Source: a virus (taxonomy: Duplodnaviria > Caudoviricetes). Taken from it: 64,000 bases of DNA. Each line of letters starts with the position of its first letter. Position 1 is the first letter of the stretch. Of the stretch, positions 1 to 9,652 are shown in pieces. Made by a program: the position numbers and the translations under genes. The stretch covers positions 1 to 64,000 of IMG/VR virus record IMGVR_UViG_2907202186_000003. One strand, given 5' to 3'. Below the pieces are notes generated by a model. That model had not been told where the DNA came from and made no database searches. It saw only the letters and a list, made by a program, of their open reading frames with translations.

Positions 1-552
1 TTAGTTTTTGTCATGTGTATTAATTGCCTCCGTAATAAAATTTCCTATATGATAATGCCATCTTACTTTCTTCTTATATCCTTTAACTTCAATTCCTATT
101 TCTTCACATATTCCTAATGAAATGCTACTTTTATTAACCTTGTTCTTATATGTATGTTCCTTAATTTGATTCTCAGCGATATGTTTGAACTTCACGAAAT
201 CCTTAATATGTATAAAGAAAACTCTATTCTCTGGCTCACGAAAATTCATTATGAATCCGCTAATTACATTCTCGTATGTATCTGCTTCCTGAAGCTTGCT
301 AATCTGATGTTGCTTAATAATGCTCTCATCGAAACTAATTGATTTTTGTTTAGTTGATTTTAGCTCAAGCGTGAATAAGTGACTCTTAGCAAACATCATA
401 CAATCGTAGTCGTTCTTAGTAACTCTTACCCTATTCCTTAAATCAGGTGGGATGAAGGTATCCTTTATTCGGGTAAAGAACACCTTTTCTCCTCCTTGGA
501 TGGCCGATTTCTGGAAATCCTCTTCAAACAATTTCCCTTCATTTGTACTCAA
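1..552 (-). CDS. recU: RecU-like Holliday junction resolvase (PD-(D/E)XK)
   Basis: G-x-x-F-E start, DYD...ELKST, IKQHQI..L motifs typical of RecU. Confidence 0.75.
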   Translation of the reverse strand: MSTNEGKLFEEDFQKSAIQGGEKVFFTRIKDTFIPPDLRNRVRVTKNDYDCMMFAKSHLFTLELKSTKQKSISFDESIIKQHQISKLQEADTYENVISGFIMNFREPENRVFFIHIKDFVKFKHIAENQIKEHTYKNKVNKSSISLGICEEIGIEVKGYKKKVRWHYHIGNFITEAINTHDKN

Positions 553-795
553 TTAATCATTCCTCTCCATATATGCTATTCTGGCACTAACTGCCTTCTT
601 CAAACAACTAAAGTCATCATGAACAGCCATGCCATAAACATCTAAAACCTCACCATTTATTACTTCTAATGTACTAATAACCTCATTACAACCCGAACAA
701 GTTGAGTACTCCATCGCCTCCTTATCTTGCTGATCGGGAAACCTTTTCTCATAGTATGGATTCTCAAATCTATCAAAATCACTCATTCTCTTCAT
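553..795 (-). CDS. hypothetical protein with CxxC
   Basis: 80-aa ORF abutting the resolvase gene. Confidence 0.6.
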   Translation of the reverse strand: MKRMSDFDRFENPYYEKRFPDQQDKEAMEYSTCSGCNEVISTLEVINGEVLDVYGMAVHDDFSCLKKAVSARIAYMERND

Positions 796-913
796 CTTTC
801 TTTAGTTGATGATATGTATGAATTAGATATTCAATATAAGCTGTTTCTGTGATTTCTTTACCTAGTAACTTTTCAACTTGTTTTTTACTTAATTCCATTT
901 ATACTCTCCTTTT

Positions 914-3900
914 TTATTTTCTTCTTTCTGTTGATACTCGCATTGTTCCATCATTTCTAATCTCATTTATAAACATCGTAGTATGTCCAACTTTAGAGTC
1001 TTTGTACTTCTGTGGTTTAAATTGAGAACCCCTACGATAACCAAACAGAACAAGTTTATTGCCCCTGGTAAACCAGCTTTTCTCTAAGATCTCTTTTGTT
1101 CCATCAGCTCGTTGCTTTGAAACTTGTTTATTGTAATGAGCGAATGCCCCATCATAATATTTGACGGTAACAACACCATCTGTCGTTAATAATGTTACTG
1201 TATTTTTATTTTTATCTTTATCGAGCACTGTACCTGAAATGCAATCTAATTTAAACTTGGGTCTTGATCCATTGCGGAAATTCATCATTTCCACAACGAT
1301 AGGATCTTCTGTTAAGTCATTAAAATTAACTATCCCATACTTTAACTTATCCACTCGCTCAAGTTCATGTTCTGTGTAGTAGAAAGATAAAGCATCCATT
1401 TCCCATTTACTAACCGTACCTTCAGCAACTGAGTTCCATTCCATTTGTAGCTGTTTTTGGTTGAATAAATTTAATGTGTCTTCCTTTGATAGCCATTCTT
1501 TTATACCTTCCATCTTCTTGTCATATTCTTTTTTGAAAAATGATTCGCGAATCACGGGAAAATTTCTATGATAGTCTTCAATCGCTTCACCAGAAAAATG
1601 ATCATAGTAGAAAGGCGTTGAAACTTTATCAAGAAGGTACAGTTTGTCTTTACTCTCTTTTTTATGTATTTTTTTCATTACATATTTTCTAAAGTTAAAT
1701 AGTTTAGCGTATACCTGCATGTCTTCAGGAATAATTTTAAGTTCAATAACAGCATTAAGATTCTGCATATTTAGCTTTGTTTTTGGAGCATGTAGTTTTG
1801 TTACAAACTGCTTCATAATTTCTACGCGTTCTCCAAAAGCTTCAAAACAACCTGCTTTTATTAATTGAATGACTTGTGCTTTCTTGATGATTGATGTATC
1901 AAACATGCGTCGAGTAAAATCTTCAAATGATTTATAGGGGCGATTCTGAATTAGATTTTGAACAACATCGTCACCTATTCCATTGATTCCCTTTAGACCG
2001 AAAACAATTTGATCATTTTCTATGTCAGGAGTAAATCCGAATCCTGCCTTATTAATATCAGGAAGACCAATTTTAACTCCTCTGCTCTGCATATTGCCTA
2101 TTGCTGCAGCGATTTTACCGTAATTTGTTGATTGTGATTTATTATTTGTTTCGTCCTCATCATCTATTGATGCTGAATTGACTGTAAGACATGCAGTTCT
2201 CCAATAAATTGGGTCATAATTGATATTTAAATTGGCTTCCTGGAGAGCAATAATTGAATATGCAAGTGTATGAAGAATCGAAAAGCTGTAAGAAAGTTGT
2301 CGAGTTATCTGAACTTCCCACACATAATTTAATAGTTGTTCTCTGACACCTAATGATTTACCTTGTGAGTAAAACTTTTCTTTTATTTCAGCCAAAGCCT
2401 TCTTCATCTGTTTAGGCTTAGCTATACTTTTTCTAAGTTTATTGGCACTTAAGACATTGAAGTTTGCTATCAATTTATCCATTGACATAAGCATTACTGA
2501 TTCTTGTGTATCTGCAACGCCGTTCAATTTTAATAAATGTTTCTCCATCGTACTAACTTCTTCATCGTTAAGTCCATAACTATACATCTCTTCATACCAA
2601 AGTTTGATATTGTTTTTATGTTTCACGAAAGTATCAATGGGGGATTCTCCATGGTCGCTCATTAGTCGCATCAGAGAATTTGCAGCTGCCAATTCAATCA
2701 AATTAGTCGGTTTAACCTTTTTAACAGTTTGAATTCCTATTTCTGTTGAAAATTGAAAAAGATCAGAAACACTATCACTACCTATTAATTCATAGATTTT
2801 GAGACTTTTTTTATCAATAACGTCAGGATGTAAATATTTATTATAAGTTTTTCTGAGAGTCCCCTGCCACTCCATTAAACTATCTGCCAATAGAGTATCA
2901 AACGTCACTCTTATTTTATCTAATGCTTCGATTGTAAGTAGATCAAATTTCATATTAGAAACCGCTTCGCAGTCTTCAAGACTAAACTGGGTTATGTGAG
3001 TCCCATTAGGAGCTGTCATCATAGCGTTAGTTTTATAATATTCTTCGTTAAAAACAATAACACCACTGGCATGAATGCTGCGTTTGTTAACTAAACCTTC
3101 TATCTTCATAGCAACAGTTAACCAATCATCATATTTATTAATCTCATTTACAAATTCGGTTACAGGCTTTCTTTCTTCTTCGTCGTTTCCATAAACACAA
3201 TCAGAAAGAGACCAGCTGCTTCCCCGTTCAAACGGAATTAACCCCGAAACAAACATTGCCGTGTCATTGTCGATTCCAAGCCCCCTGGCAGCCGTTTGAA
3301 CTGCCGATTTAGAAGCTTCTGTACCAAAGGTACACACTTGCAAAACCCTATTCTCACCAAAGTATCTCTTCAATTGTCTGAAAATCTGATTACGTTTAGC
3401 AGCCTCAGTATCTATATCAATATCAGGGAATTCCGGTCTTTCCGCTGTTAAGTGTCTCCAATGTGGCATTTCAATTCCGTATTCAAGTGGATTGACTTGT
3501 GTAATTCCCAGGAGGAAGCAGATTAAGTAACCAGCAGATGATCCACGAGATGGGCCAACTAAACTATTTCCACATTCATCATCCCAAATAACGTTAATGA
3601 TTTCTCTTACTGTGGTATAGTAGCTTGCTACTGATTGATTAAGCTTCTCTGATATTTTCCAAAGTTCACCCAATTCCACATTGATTCTCTCTGCTACTTC
3701 ATGTAGTTTTTCCTTGGAGTACATCTTGTATGGCAGGTACTCATAGAATCCATCTTCAATTAGTTTTACTATGTATTGATCCTGTTTATTATCAGAGTGC
3801 GCCATTTTGTTTATGTATTCATACTGTTTATAAATAGATTTGAAGAGTCCACGCAGCTTAAAATTAGGTAACTCAATTTTTGGAATCACAGTTGGCTTTA

Positions 3901-4849
3901 AAATTGTATAGTCCTTAATTTTGTTGCCAATTTCCAATGTGTTGTTTAACGCATTTTGAATAATAGAGTGGTCTAAATAATCCAACCGTTCGTTGATTTC
4001 TTCTCTTGTTTGAACAAATGTTGCTTCATAAAAAGAGTCAACCTCACGTTCAGCATCTTTAGCATTCAAAAAGGCTTTATGTACAATTCGATCTTCAGGT
4101 CTTAAATAATGGCTATCTGTTGTAATTATGTATTTGAGGTCGAACTTCTCAGCTAACCTTAAAAGCTCCTTGTTACAATATATTTGTTCCTCACTGTAAG
4201 CTGGTTGAAGTTCAAGATAAAAGTCTTCTTTGCCAAAGACATCAATACACCAGTTTGTAAACTCACATACTTTCTTATAGCTTTCATTAGCTCTATATGT
4301 ATCGTTGTTATCTAGGTGAAACTTCATCTCAAGTAAGTAAATACAGTGAGGTGAACCAAGACAAGCACTCGCTGCAATTAAATGACCTGGATCTTGTTTT
4401 ATTACTGAAGCTAAAAACTGTTGTTCCGTTGGTGTCCTAAGCATTGGGCCAGTATGAAATGAACTTTCCCAAGCCCTAGAACTCATATATCTAATCTGCT
4501 CATGTCCGGTTTCGTCTTTTGCTAAAAGCAAGAAATGTGGATATTTAGTTACTCCAGATTTATAGTTGTCTCTTACTTCTTCAATACTTTCGACTAAGTA
4601 GATTTCATTGCCCAGTATCAGTTTAAAATCTTTATTGATCTTTCCGTTGTCCTTAAGTTTCTGCGTGACTTGAATAGCTTTAACATGTGCTGATATGGAC
4701 TCATGATCAGTTATTGCTACTCCTTTATGACCCATGTCATGAGTAGTTTGAATCAATCCTTCTACAGTGTTTGTTGTATCTCGAAGTTTGAGATTCGAAC
4801 CGCTATCCACGTGATTGTGGAGTAGTATTGAGTTACATTGATTACACAA
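914..4849 (-). CDS. dnaE: DNA polymerase III alpha subunit (YorL-like)
   Basis: PHP domain (HNH, TDHE, TTDSHY), SRGSSAG, catalytic PDIDID, SIHASG, KFDLL; no intein evident. Confidence 0.97.
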   Translation of the reverse strand: MCNQCNSILLHNHVDSGSNLKLRDTTNTVEGLIQTTHDMGHKGVAITDHESISAHVKAIQVTQKLKDNGKINKDFKLILGNEIYLVESIEEVRDNYKSGVTKYPHFLLLAKDETGHEQIRYMSSRAWESSFHTGPMLRTPTEQQFLASVIKQDPGHLIAASACLGSPHCIYLLEMKFHLDNNDTYRANESYKKVCEFTNWCIDVFGKEDFYLELQPAYSEEQIYCNKELLRLAEKFDLKYIITTDSHYLRPEDRIVHKAFLNAKDAEREVDSFYEATFVQTREEINERLDYLDHSIIQNALNNTLEIGNKIKDYTILKPTVIPKIELPNFKLRGLFKSIYKQYEYINKMAHSDNKQDQYIVKLIEDGFYEYLPYKMYSKEKLHEVAERINVELGELWKISEKLNQSVASYYTTVREIINVIWDDECGNSLVGPSRGSSAGYLICFLLGITQVNPLEYGIEMPHWRHLTAERPEFPDIDIDTEAAKRNQIFRQLKRYFGENRVLQVCTFGTEASKSAVQTAARGLGIDNDTAMFVSGLIPFERGSSWSLSDCVYGNDEEERKPVTEFVNEINKYDDWLTVAMKIEGLVNKRSIHASGVIVFNEEYYKTNAMMTAPNGTHITQFSLEDCEAVSNMKFDLLTIEALDKIRVTFDTLLADSLMEWQGTLRKTYNKYLHPDVIDKKSLKIYELIGSDSVSDLFQFSTEIGIQTVKKVKPTNLIELAAANSLMRLMSDHGESPIDTFVKHKNNIKLWYEEMYSYGLNDEEVSTMEKHLLKLNGVADTQESVMLMSMDKLIANFNVLSANKLRKSIAKPKQMKKALAEIKEKFYSQGKSLGVREQLLNYVWEVQITRQLSYSFSILHTLAYSIIALQEANLNINYDPIYWRTACLTVNSASIDDEDETNNKSQSTNYGKIAAAIGNMQSRGVKIGLPDINKAGFGFTPDIENDQIVFGLKGINGIGDDVVQNLIQNRPYKSFEDFTRRMFDTSIIKKAQVIQLIKAGCFEAFGERVEIMKQFVTKLHAPKTKLNMQNLNAVIELKIIPEDMQVYAKLFNFRKYVMKKIHKKESKDKLYLLDKVSTPFYYDHFSGEAIEDYHRNFPVIRESFFKKEYDKKMEGIKEWLSKEDTLNLFNQKQLQMEWNSVAEGTVSKWEMDALSFYYTEHELERVDKLKYGIVNFNDLTEDPIVVEMMNFRNGSRPKFKLDCISGTVLDKDKNKNTVTLLTTDGVVTVKYYDGAFAHYNKQVSKQRADGTKEILEKSWFTRGNKLVLFGYRRGSQFKPQKYKDSKVGHTTMFINEIRNDGTMRVSTERRK

Positions 4850-4890
4850 TTCTTAATGCCCTCTCCCTTCTTGATAAAATATAGATATTA

Positions 4891-5064
4891 TCAAAAAATC
4901 CTCCAATATTTCTTACCTAAATGTAGGTACATGAAATGATATCCGCAATCAGTGAACCACCTAAATTTATATGGTTTTGTTCTTATTACAATCAGATTCC
5001 ATCCTTGAAACTCATTGCTTCCTCCGCAACCAACATAGTATTTAGTGAACATTTTTAAACTCAA
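4891..5064 (-). CDS. small hypothetical protein (57 aa; below ORF-track cutoff)
   Basis: AAGGAGGTG RBS, TTG start, MSLKMFTKYYVGCGG...YWRIF; stop abuts the palindrome at 4874. Confidence 0.6.
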   Translation of the reverse strand: MSLKMFTKYYVGCGGSNEFQGWNLIVIRTKPYKFRWFTDCGYHFMYLHLGKKYWRIF

Positions 5065-5114
5065 TCAATCACCTCCTTAAATTAGTCAAACCATATGTAT
5101 AAGTAGGCAAATGC

Positions 5115-5396
5115 CTACTCTAAAATGAACTCATCCAATTTTGCCTCTAGGTCCTCATCGGTTATCTCGACTTCTTCTAATTTAACTAATTCTTCCTCTC
5201 CTATATCTTCAGCACATTTCATGATTTCACTTCCAAGTAATTGAGGCTTCCTTCCCAGATGACCAAATAAAAATTGTCTAAGTGCCTCTCTCATAATGTC
5301 GCTCTGATCATAATAGATAGGTATTTTACTCATTGCTTCTTGCAAATCTTTATCCTTATGTTTTCTTAATCGAGTTCGTATGATCTTTACTTCCAT
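5115..5396 (-). CDS. ParR-like ribbon-helix-helix adaptor
   Basis: Overlaps the end of the actin gene; beta-strand then SDIMREALRQF helix; acidic C-terminal tail. Confidence 0.6.
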   Translation of the reverse strand: MEVKIIRTRLRKHKDKDLQEAMSKIPIYYDQSDIMREALRQFLFGHLGRKPQLLGSEIMKCAEDIGEEELVKLEEVEITDEDLEAKLDEFILE

Positions 5397-6334
5397 AATC
5401 GAACACCCACATTCTCATAACCTCTTATCTGTGATAACTGATCAAAGAGAATTTTGTTTGGTAAATTAATTTGTTCAAATACATTATGGGCAGCACCTCC
5501 ACCAATTAGATGATAATCAAAGTTAATGTTCAGGCTTTCAACTTCATTCTGAATTTGTATCGACAAAGGTCTAAAGGCTTTTTGTATTAACAGTCTAATA
5601 TCACGACCTTCATATCTTCCTTCAATAACACACGTATCCATTTCATAAATGGCAGGTGATTTTCCTACAGCTTTTTGAAGATATGTTTGAAGCAGTTTAT
5701 AAGCTTTTTCTACACCTAGTATGATGCTGGTTGACTCCTTCATAATTTCCATTTTGTCTAATCCAAGGAGGTTCAAAGTATAGAAGCCTAAGTCAATAAC
5801 AAGTATCTTTTTCTTGGCTATACCACTATTGCTAATCTTTCCTTCGGGTGTGAGTAGGAAATCCATTGCTATTCCATAGCCCTGTGGAACTATTTTGTAT
5901 TTATCTATATTTATTTTAATATTGTTTGTTTTATTTTTCCCTTTTTTGATCTTATATGAGTCTGCCTCATTAAGTCCTTCAATCAGTGACATCATGTGTT
6001 CTCTCTGAGTGAAATAGAATTTAACAGGTAACCCTGTGACAAGATTAAAAGGATTGCTGCTATTTAGGTATCCTAATCCAGTCTTCATTAGAACATTCGA
6101 AGTCATCGCTTCAGTTTTATTATCATTTAAAGAGAAGTATTTGATATCACTATGTCTTAAAGCTAATTTGCCAACGAATAAATCATCATTAAAAACAAAG
6201 TCATCTTGCTTTATGTTTTCTTCAAACACTGGCTTCGCCTCTCCATAGATGGATGGCTGAACATAGATCTTATTCTTCTTCTTCCCTTTTGACCAACTAA
6301 ACCCAAGATCAAATACGCATAATTCTGAACTCAT
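5387..6334 (-). CDS. parM: ParM/StbA-family actin-like ATPase
   Basis: Actin motifs DLGFSWSK, TGLP, PQG, IDLGFYT, IGGGA. Confidence 0.88.
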   Translation of the reverse strand: MSSELCVFDLGFSWSKGKKKNKIYVQPSIYGEAKPVFEENIKQDDFVFNDDLFVGKLALRHSDIKYFSLNDNKTEAMTSNVLMKTGLGYLNSSNPFNLVTGLPVKFYFTQREHMMSLIEGLNEADSYKIKKGKNKTNNIKINIDKYKIVPQGYGIAMDFLLTPEGKISNSGIAKKKILVIDLGFYTLNLLGLDKMEIMKESTSIILGVEKAYKLLQTYLQKAVGKSPAIYEMDTCVIEGRYEGRDIRLLIQKAFRPLSIQIQNEVESLNINFDYHLIGGGAAHNVFEQINLPNKILFDQLSQIRGYENVGVRLWK

Positions 6335-6442
6335 GACTAACCTCCCAAATTAAAAGGGTCTACAACATGGCGTTTTATTCCCTTTTGTGCTACAACTTAT
6401 AGTGAGATTATATCATTATTTTTATATACTGTATATATATTT

Positions 6443-7036
6443 TTATTTTAATAGTGTTGCTATCTCATCAACTCTTGAATTTACAAAGTTCCAGTCAATG
6501 TACTTAGGAACATTCAAAACATGATCATAAGCAAGTCTCATTTGTTTTACAGCAATAAGAGGATTCATTCTGCCTGTCGTTGTGCCCAATCCTGAACATG
6601 CAACAGTATCTATTCTATGTTGTGATTGATTAAATTTATTAATTGCAATTAACATAGCCTTCATTGATTGATATACATTATCTGTTCCCACAATACTCCT
6701 TGGAAATCTCATGGTTGGTGTATGCGCCAAATACGGGTGAGATTTATTATTAGTGGGTATAACAAATGATGTTCCGACTGGTTGCTCTCCTGCGAAATTA
6801 TCAATTATATATTTTTGGACAGTATCCATTAGTTCTACGCCAAACATTTCAATTATATGTTTATCCAGACCACCATCCATCATACCGTATGAGTTCGCTG
6901 GACTAACAATACATTCGTAGCCATCAAGCTCTACGAGTCTTTTGTTTTCTATTCTTACATTAGGCAACTCACCAAAATGCGCTTCGAATTCCCTACATAT
7001 CTCTGGATTAATATCAAAAAACACTAGGTTAATAAT
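6443..7036 (-). CDS. Macrodomain (ADP-ribose-processing) protein
   Basis: IVSPANSYGMMDGGLD, AHTPTMR, GLGTTTG; RBS points to an ATT start at 7036. Confidence 0.88.
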   Translation of the reverse strand: MINLVFFDINPEICREFEAHFGELPNVRIENKRLVELDGYECIVSPANSYGMMDGGLDKHIIEMFGVELMDTVQKYIIDNFAGEQPVGTSFVIPTNNKSHPYLAHTPTMRFPRSIVGTDNVYQSMKAMLIAINKFNQSQHRIDTVACSGLGTTTGRMNPLIAVKQMRLAYDHVLNVPKYIDWNFVNSRVDEIATLLK

Positions 7037-7416
7037 GATCTGCTCCTTTCTAGGTAAAAGTAAAGTTTTATTAGGATTATTTCTTGGGTAATCGCAGGAA
7101 ATCTATGTATTCGACATCTGTATTGCTTCTAAAACAATCTTTCAAAATTCCAATAAACAGTTTTTTCTTTCTGATCAACAGCTACATATAATTGATGAAC
7201 GTTTTCTTGGTAAAGACCATATACATTATCACAGATCTTTGTATGTTTCGAGTCCAATATTTCTGATAATATTCTTTTTCCTGGTAAGACCCACTGTTTT
7301 TAATGTAGCACCAACCTGAATTCTCTTGTACTTTGGGGAAGCTTGTTTTATTGATTTTTTCGCGTATTTATATAATGCTTTATCCATAGAAATCCTTTCC
7401 TCGTAAAATGGAGTTT

Positions 7417-7644
7417 TCACTCAGATTGTGAGATTACCTCTTCTATTGCTTGTTTAATATTCAATAAATCAGCAAGAGACAAATTTGAAACGTGACAACT
7501 GTCTCCACAATAATTTTCTAAAGAAACGCTGAATCCATATTTATCATTATATGAAAATTCAATTTCTTCTTTCTTACCTCTATTTAAAAAATTTACAGTT
7601 TTAGTCATTCTATTCTTGCCTCCATTTTTGATGTCGCCTTTCAT
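7417..7644 (-). CDS. hypothetical protein
   Basis: ORF with RBS; true start probably at MTKTV. Confidence 0.55.
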   Translation of the reverse strand: MKGDIKNGGKNRMTKTVNFLNRGKKEEIEFSYNDKYGFSVSLENYCGDSCHVSNLSLADLLNIKQAIEEVISQSE

Positions 7645-7862
7645 TAAATTAATTATTATACAACTTCAAACCGAATTCACTGAGTTGAACACTCACCGAC
7701 CAATCGGTTTCATGGTTTAGGATTTTTCCAATGCTTTTTAACTCGCCATCAACATTAATATACGCATTGTGATCTTTGTCGATGTATTCAATTTTAATAT
7801 CTTCGGATATTCTCAAACTATAGAACCCCCTATAAAATGCATCTTTCATCAAATTCTATTAA

Positions 7863-8206
7863 TTAAAGCAGATGAAACCTTTTTACTTGCTTATGAAGTT
7901 CAGACTTATAATCTGGGACACATCCTACGACTGTTAACGAATTCTCTGGAATCTCTGTCCTTCCGTTATCTCGTATGTAGTACCATCCCTGCTCGATGAG
8001 CTCTTAATTAAGTCTTTTTCTCTTCCCCGGAGAATGATTTTGGGTAGCTCATTTTCGTGCCATTCACTCCACAATCCTGCCTCGTTTTCATTGTGGGTGA
8101 TGTTGGTTGCAACATGTGCTACTTGCGCCGCTATTTTACCTGGTGACATATTCAGCTCTTTGTTTACCACAAAGTATTGAACAATTTCATTTTTCAAATT
8201 AATCAC
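7863..8206 (-). pseudogene. PTH2-type peptidyl-tRNA hydrolase, frameshifted
   Basis: VVNKELNMSPGKIAAQVAH...W...PKIIL, then a 2-nt AG duplication near 8003; the shifted frame continues LIEQGWYYIRDNGRTEIPENSLTVVG...FHLL*. Confidence 0.85.
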
Positions 8207-8238
8207 TCCTCTTTTTTATCCATCTATGTATTTTATCT

Positions 8239-8475
8239 TTAAATATCGGCATCATTATCATCAAACCGCAAATTATAGTTATACAATCCTTCAAGTTGTT
8301 TATCATGATGTGTCCCTTTCAGTTGTAAGTATTCATAGTATGCCAATGCCGCTGAGAGTAAAGTGATAATCATCCATCCAATCCACAGGTGCGATCCAGT
8401 TATTAGGCATGATGCTGCAATAAACAAGCTCCACAATCCAATTGTTAGTGTAACTGTAAATCTGTTTATGATAAT
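8239..8475 (-). CDS. small membrane protein
   Basis: Two hydrophobic segments; AAAGGAG RBS with in-frame ATT at 8475. Confidence 0.6.
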   Translation of the reverse strand: MIINRFTVTLTIGLWSLFIAASCLITGSHLWIGWMIITLLSAALAYYEYLQLKGTHHDKQLEGLYNYNLRFDDNDADI

Positions 8476-8679
8476 TCGTCACTCCTTTCTTCATGAAATA
8501 TGGTTTTCATCAATGATAAGTTTGCAAATAACCCATTAAACAAATAAGAAGCATAATCAGATAGACAATAACAAATACTGTCCAATCTCTCTTTGTTTTA
8601 GGATATTGATCCCTGTGAACCTTCCAAATATTCTTCAATATTCTTTTCATATTTATCTCATTATTCTCCTTTCTGAATT

Positions 8680-9309
8680 TTAAAATCTTTCACAGCGAAC
8701 TACACCATTTTCTTCTGGATTGTAACGTCCAAGCACATAGTCAGGCCTTCGTTGATCTGGCTGAGGACAAACAGCTAGAATCCTCCATCCCGTGCTGATG
8801 ATATCCTGCAGTTCCTCTGTGCATTTATCTACTGCATAACCAAGCTGATTAATATTAAGCAGACCAATATTACCAATATGCACATCACAACGTTGGTTGA
8901 ATTCGATGGTCTCATTAAAATTCATTAGAGCATTTGTTAATTTGGACTCAATGTCTTTCATTTGTTCCACCATGTTTAGCATTTGAGAGTGAGATGACTG
9001 AATCATACCCCTCACTTTAAATTTGAGTTTGGGGAATGTTTTAATTAATGACTCAACGTCAGACAAATATTCTTTTACTGAGCCCAGTTTCACCTTATTC
9101 GACTCTCTAACTAGCTTTTTCGTGCTGTCTTCCTTTTCTGCTTCCTCTTTGCTATATGTATGATTCCAACTATAAAACTCCATTACATTACCCTCGTTAT
9201 CTTCAACCAATTCAGAATATGTTATCTCATCGCATAGGTAATCTTCAATATGAGCCAATTCATCTCTTGTGACAATTTGATTATCATCAAAACTAACTCT
9301 TGCAAACAT
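8680..9309 (-). CDS. hypothetical phage protein
   Basis: 209-aa ORF with AAAGGAG RBS. Confidence 0.75.
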   Translation of the reverse strand: MFARVSFDDNQIVTRDELAHIEDYLCDEITYSELVEDNEGNVMEFYSWNHTYSKEEAEKEDSTKKLVRESNKVKLGSVKEYLSDVESLIKTFPKLKFKVRGMIQSSHSQMLNMVEQMKDIESKLTNALMNFNETIEFNQRCDVHIGNIGLLNINQLGYAVDKCTEELQDIISTGWRILAVCPQPDQRRPDYVLGRYNPEENGVVRCERF

Positions 9310-9356
9310 ATATTTCTCCTTTCATTGCTTATCTTTATGAAACAGGTATTTTATCT

Positions 9357-9629
9357 TTATACTATTGCTTCGTCTTTCATTGCTTCCCATAAAGCATCGA
9401 CCAATTCTTTCCCTTCATAATTCTTATCAAAAACGAATATATTCCACTTCCCATCTACAATGTCTTTACTAATTGTCACCTCGTCTAAGAAATCAATCAT
9501 CTTACCAATATCCATTTTCTTATGGTGATAAGACGACCAATCTTTTCGTGGCGCAATCTCATTAAAAAACGAGTAAAATTGTTCTTCTGTAACCTCTTTT
9601 GCTTGTTTTGGTACAATATGATATTTCAT
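9357..9629 (-). CDS. hypothetical phage protein
   Basis: 90-aa ORF with RBS. Confidence 0.7.
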   Translation of the reverse strand: MKYHIVPKQAKEVTEEQFYSFFNEIAPRKDWSSYHHKKMDIGKMIDFLDEVTISKDIVDGKWNIFVFDKNYEGKELVDALWEAMKDEAIV

Positions 9630-9652
9630 CTCAATCTCTCACTCTCCTCATT

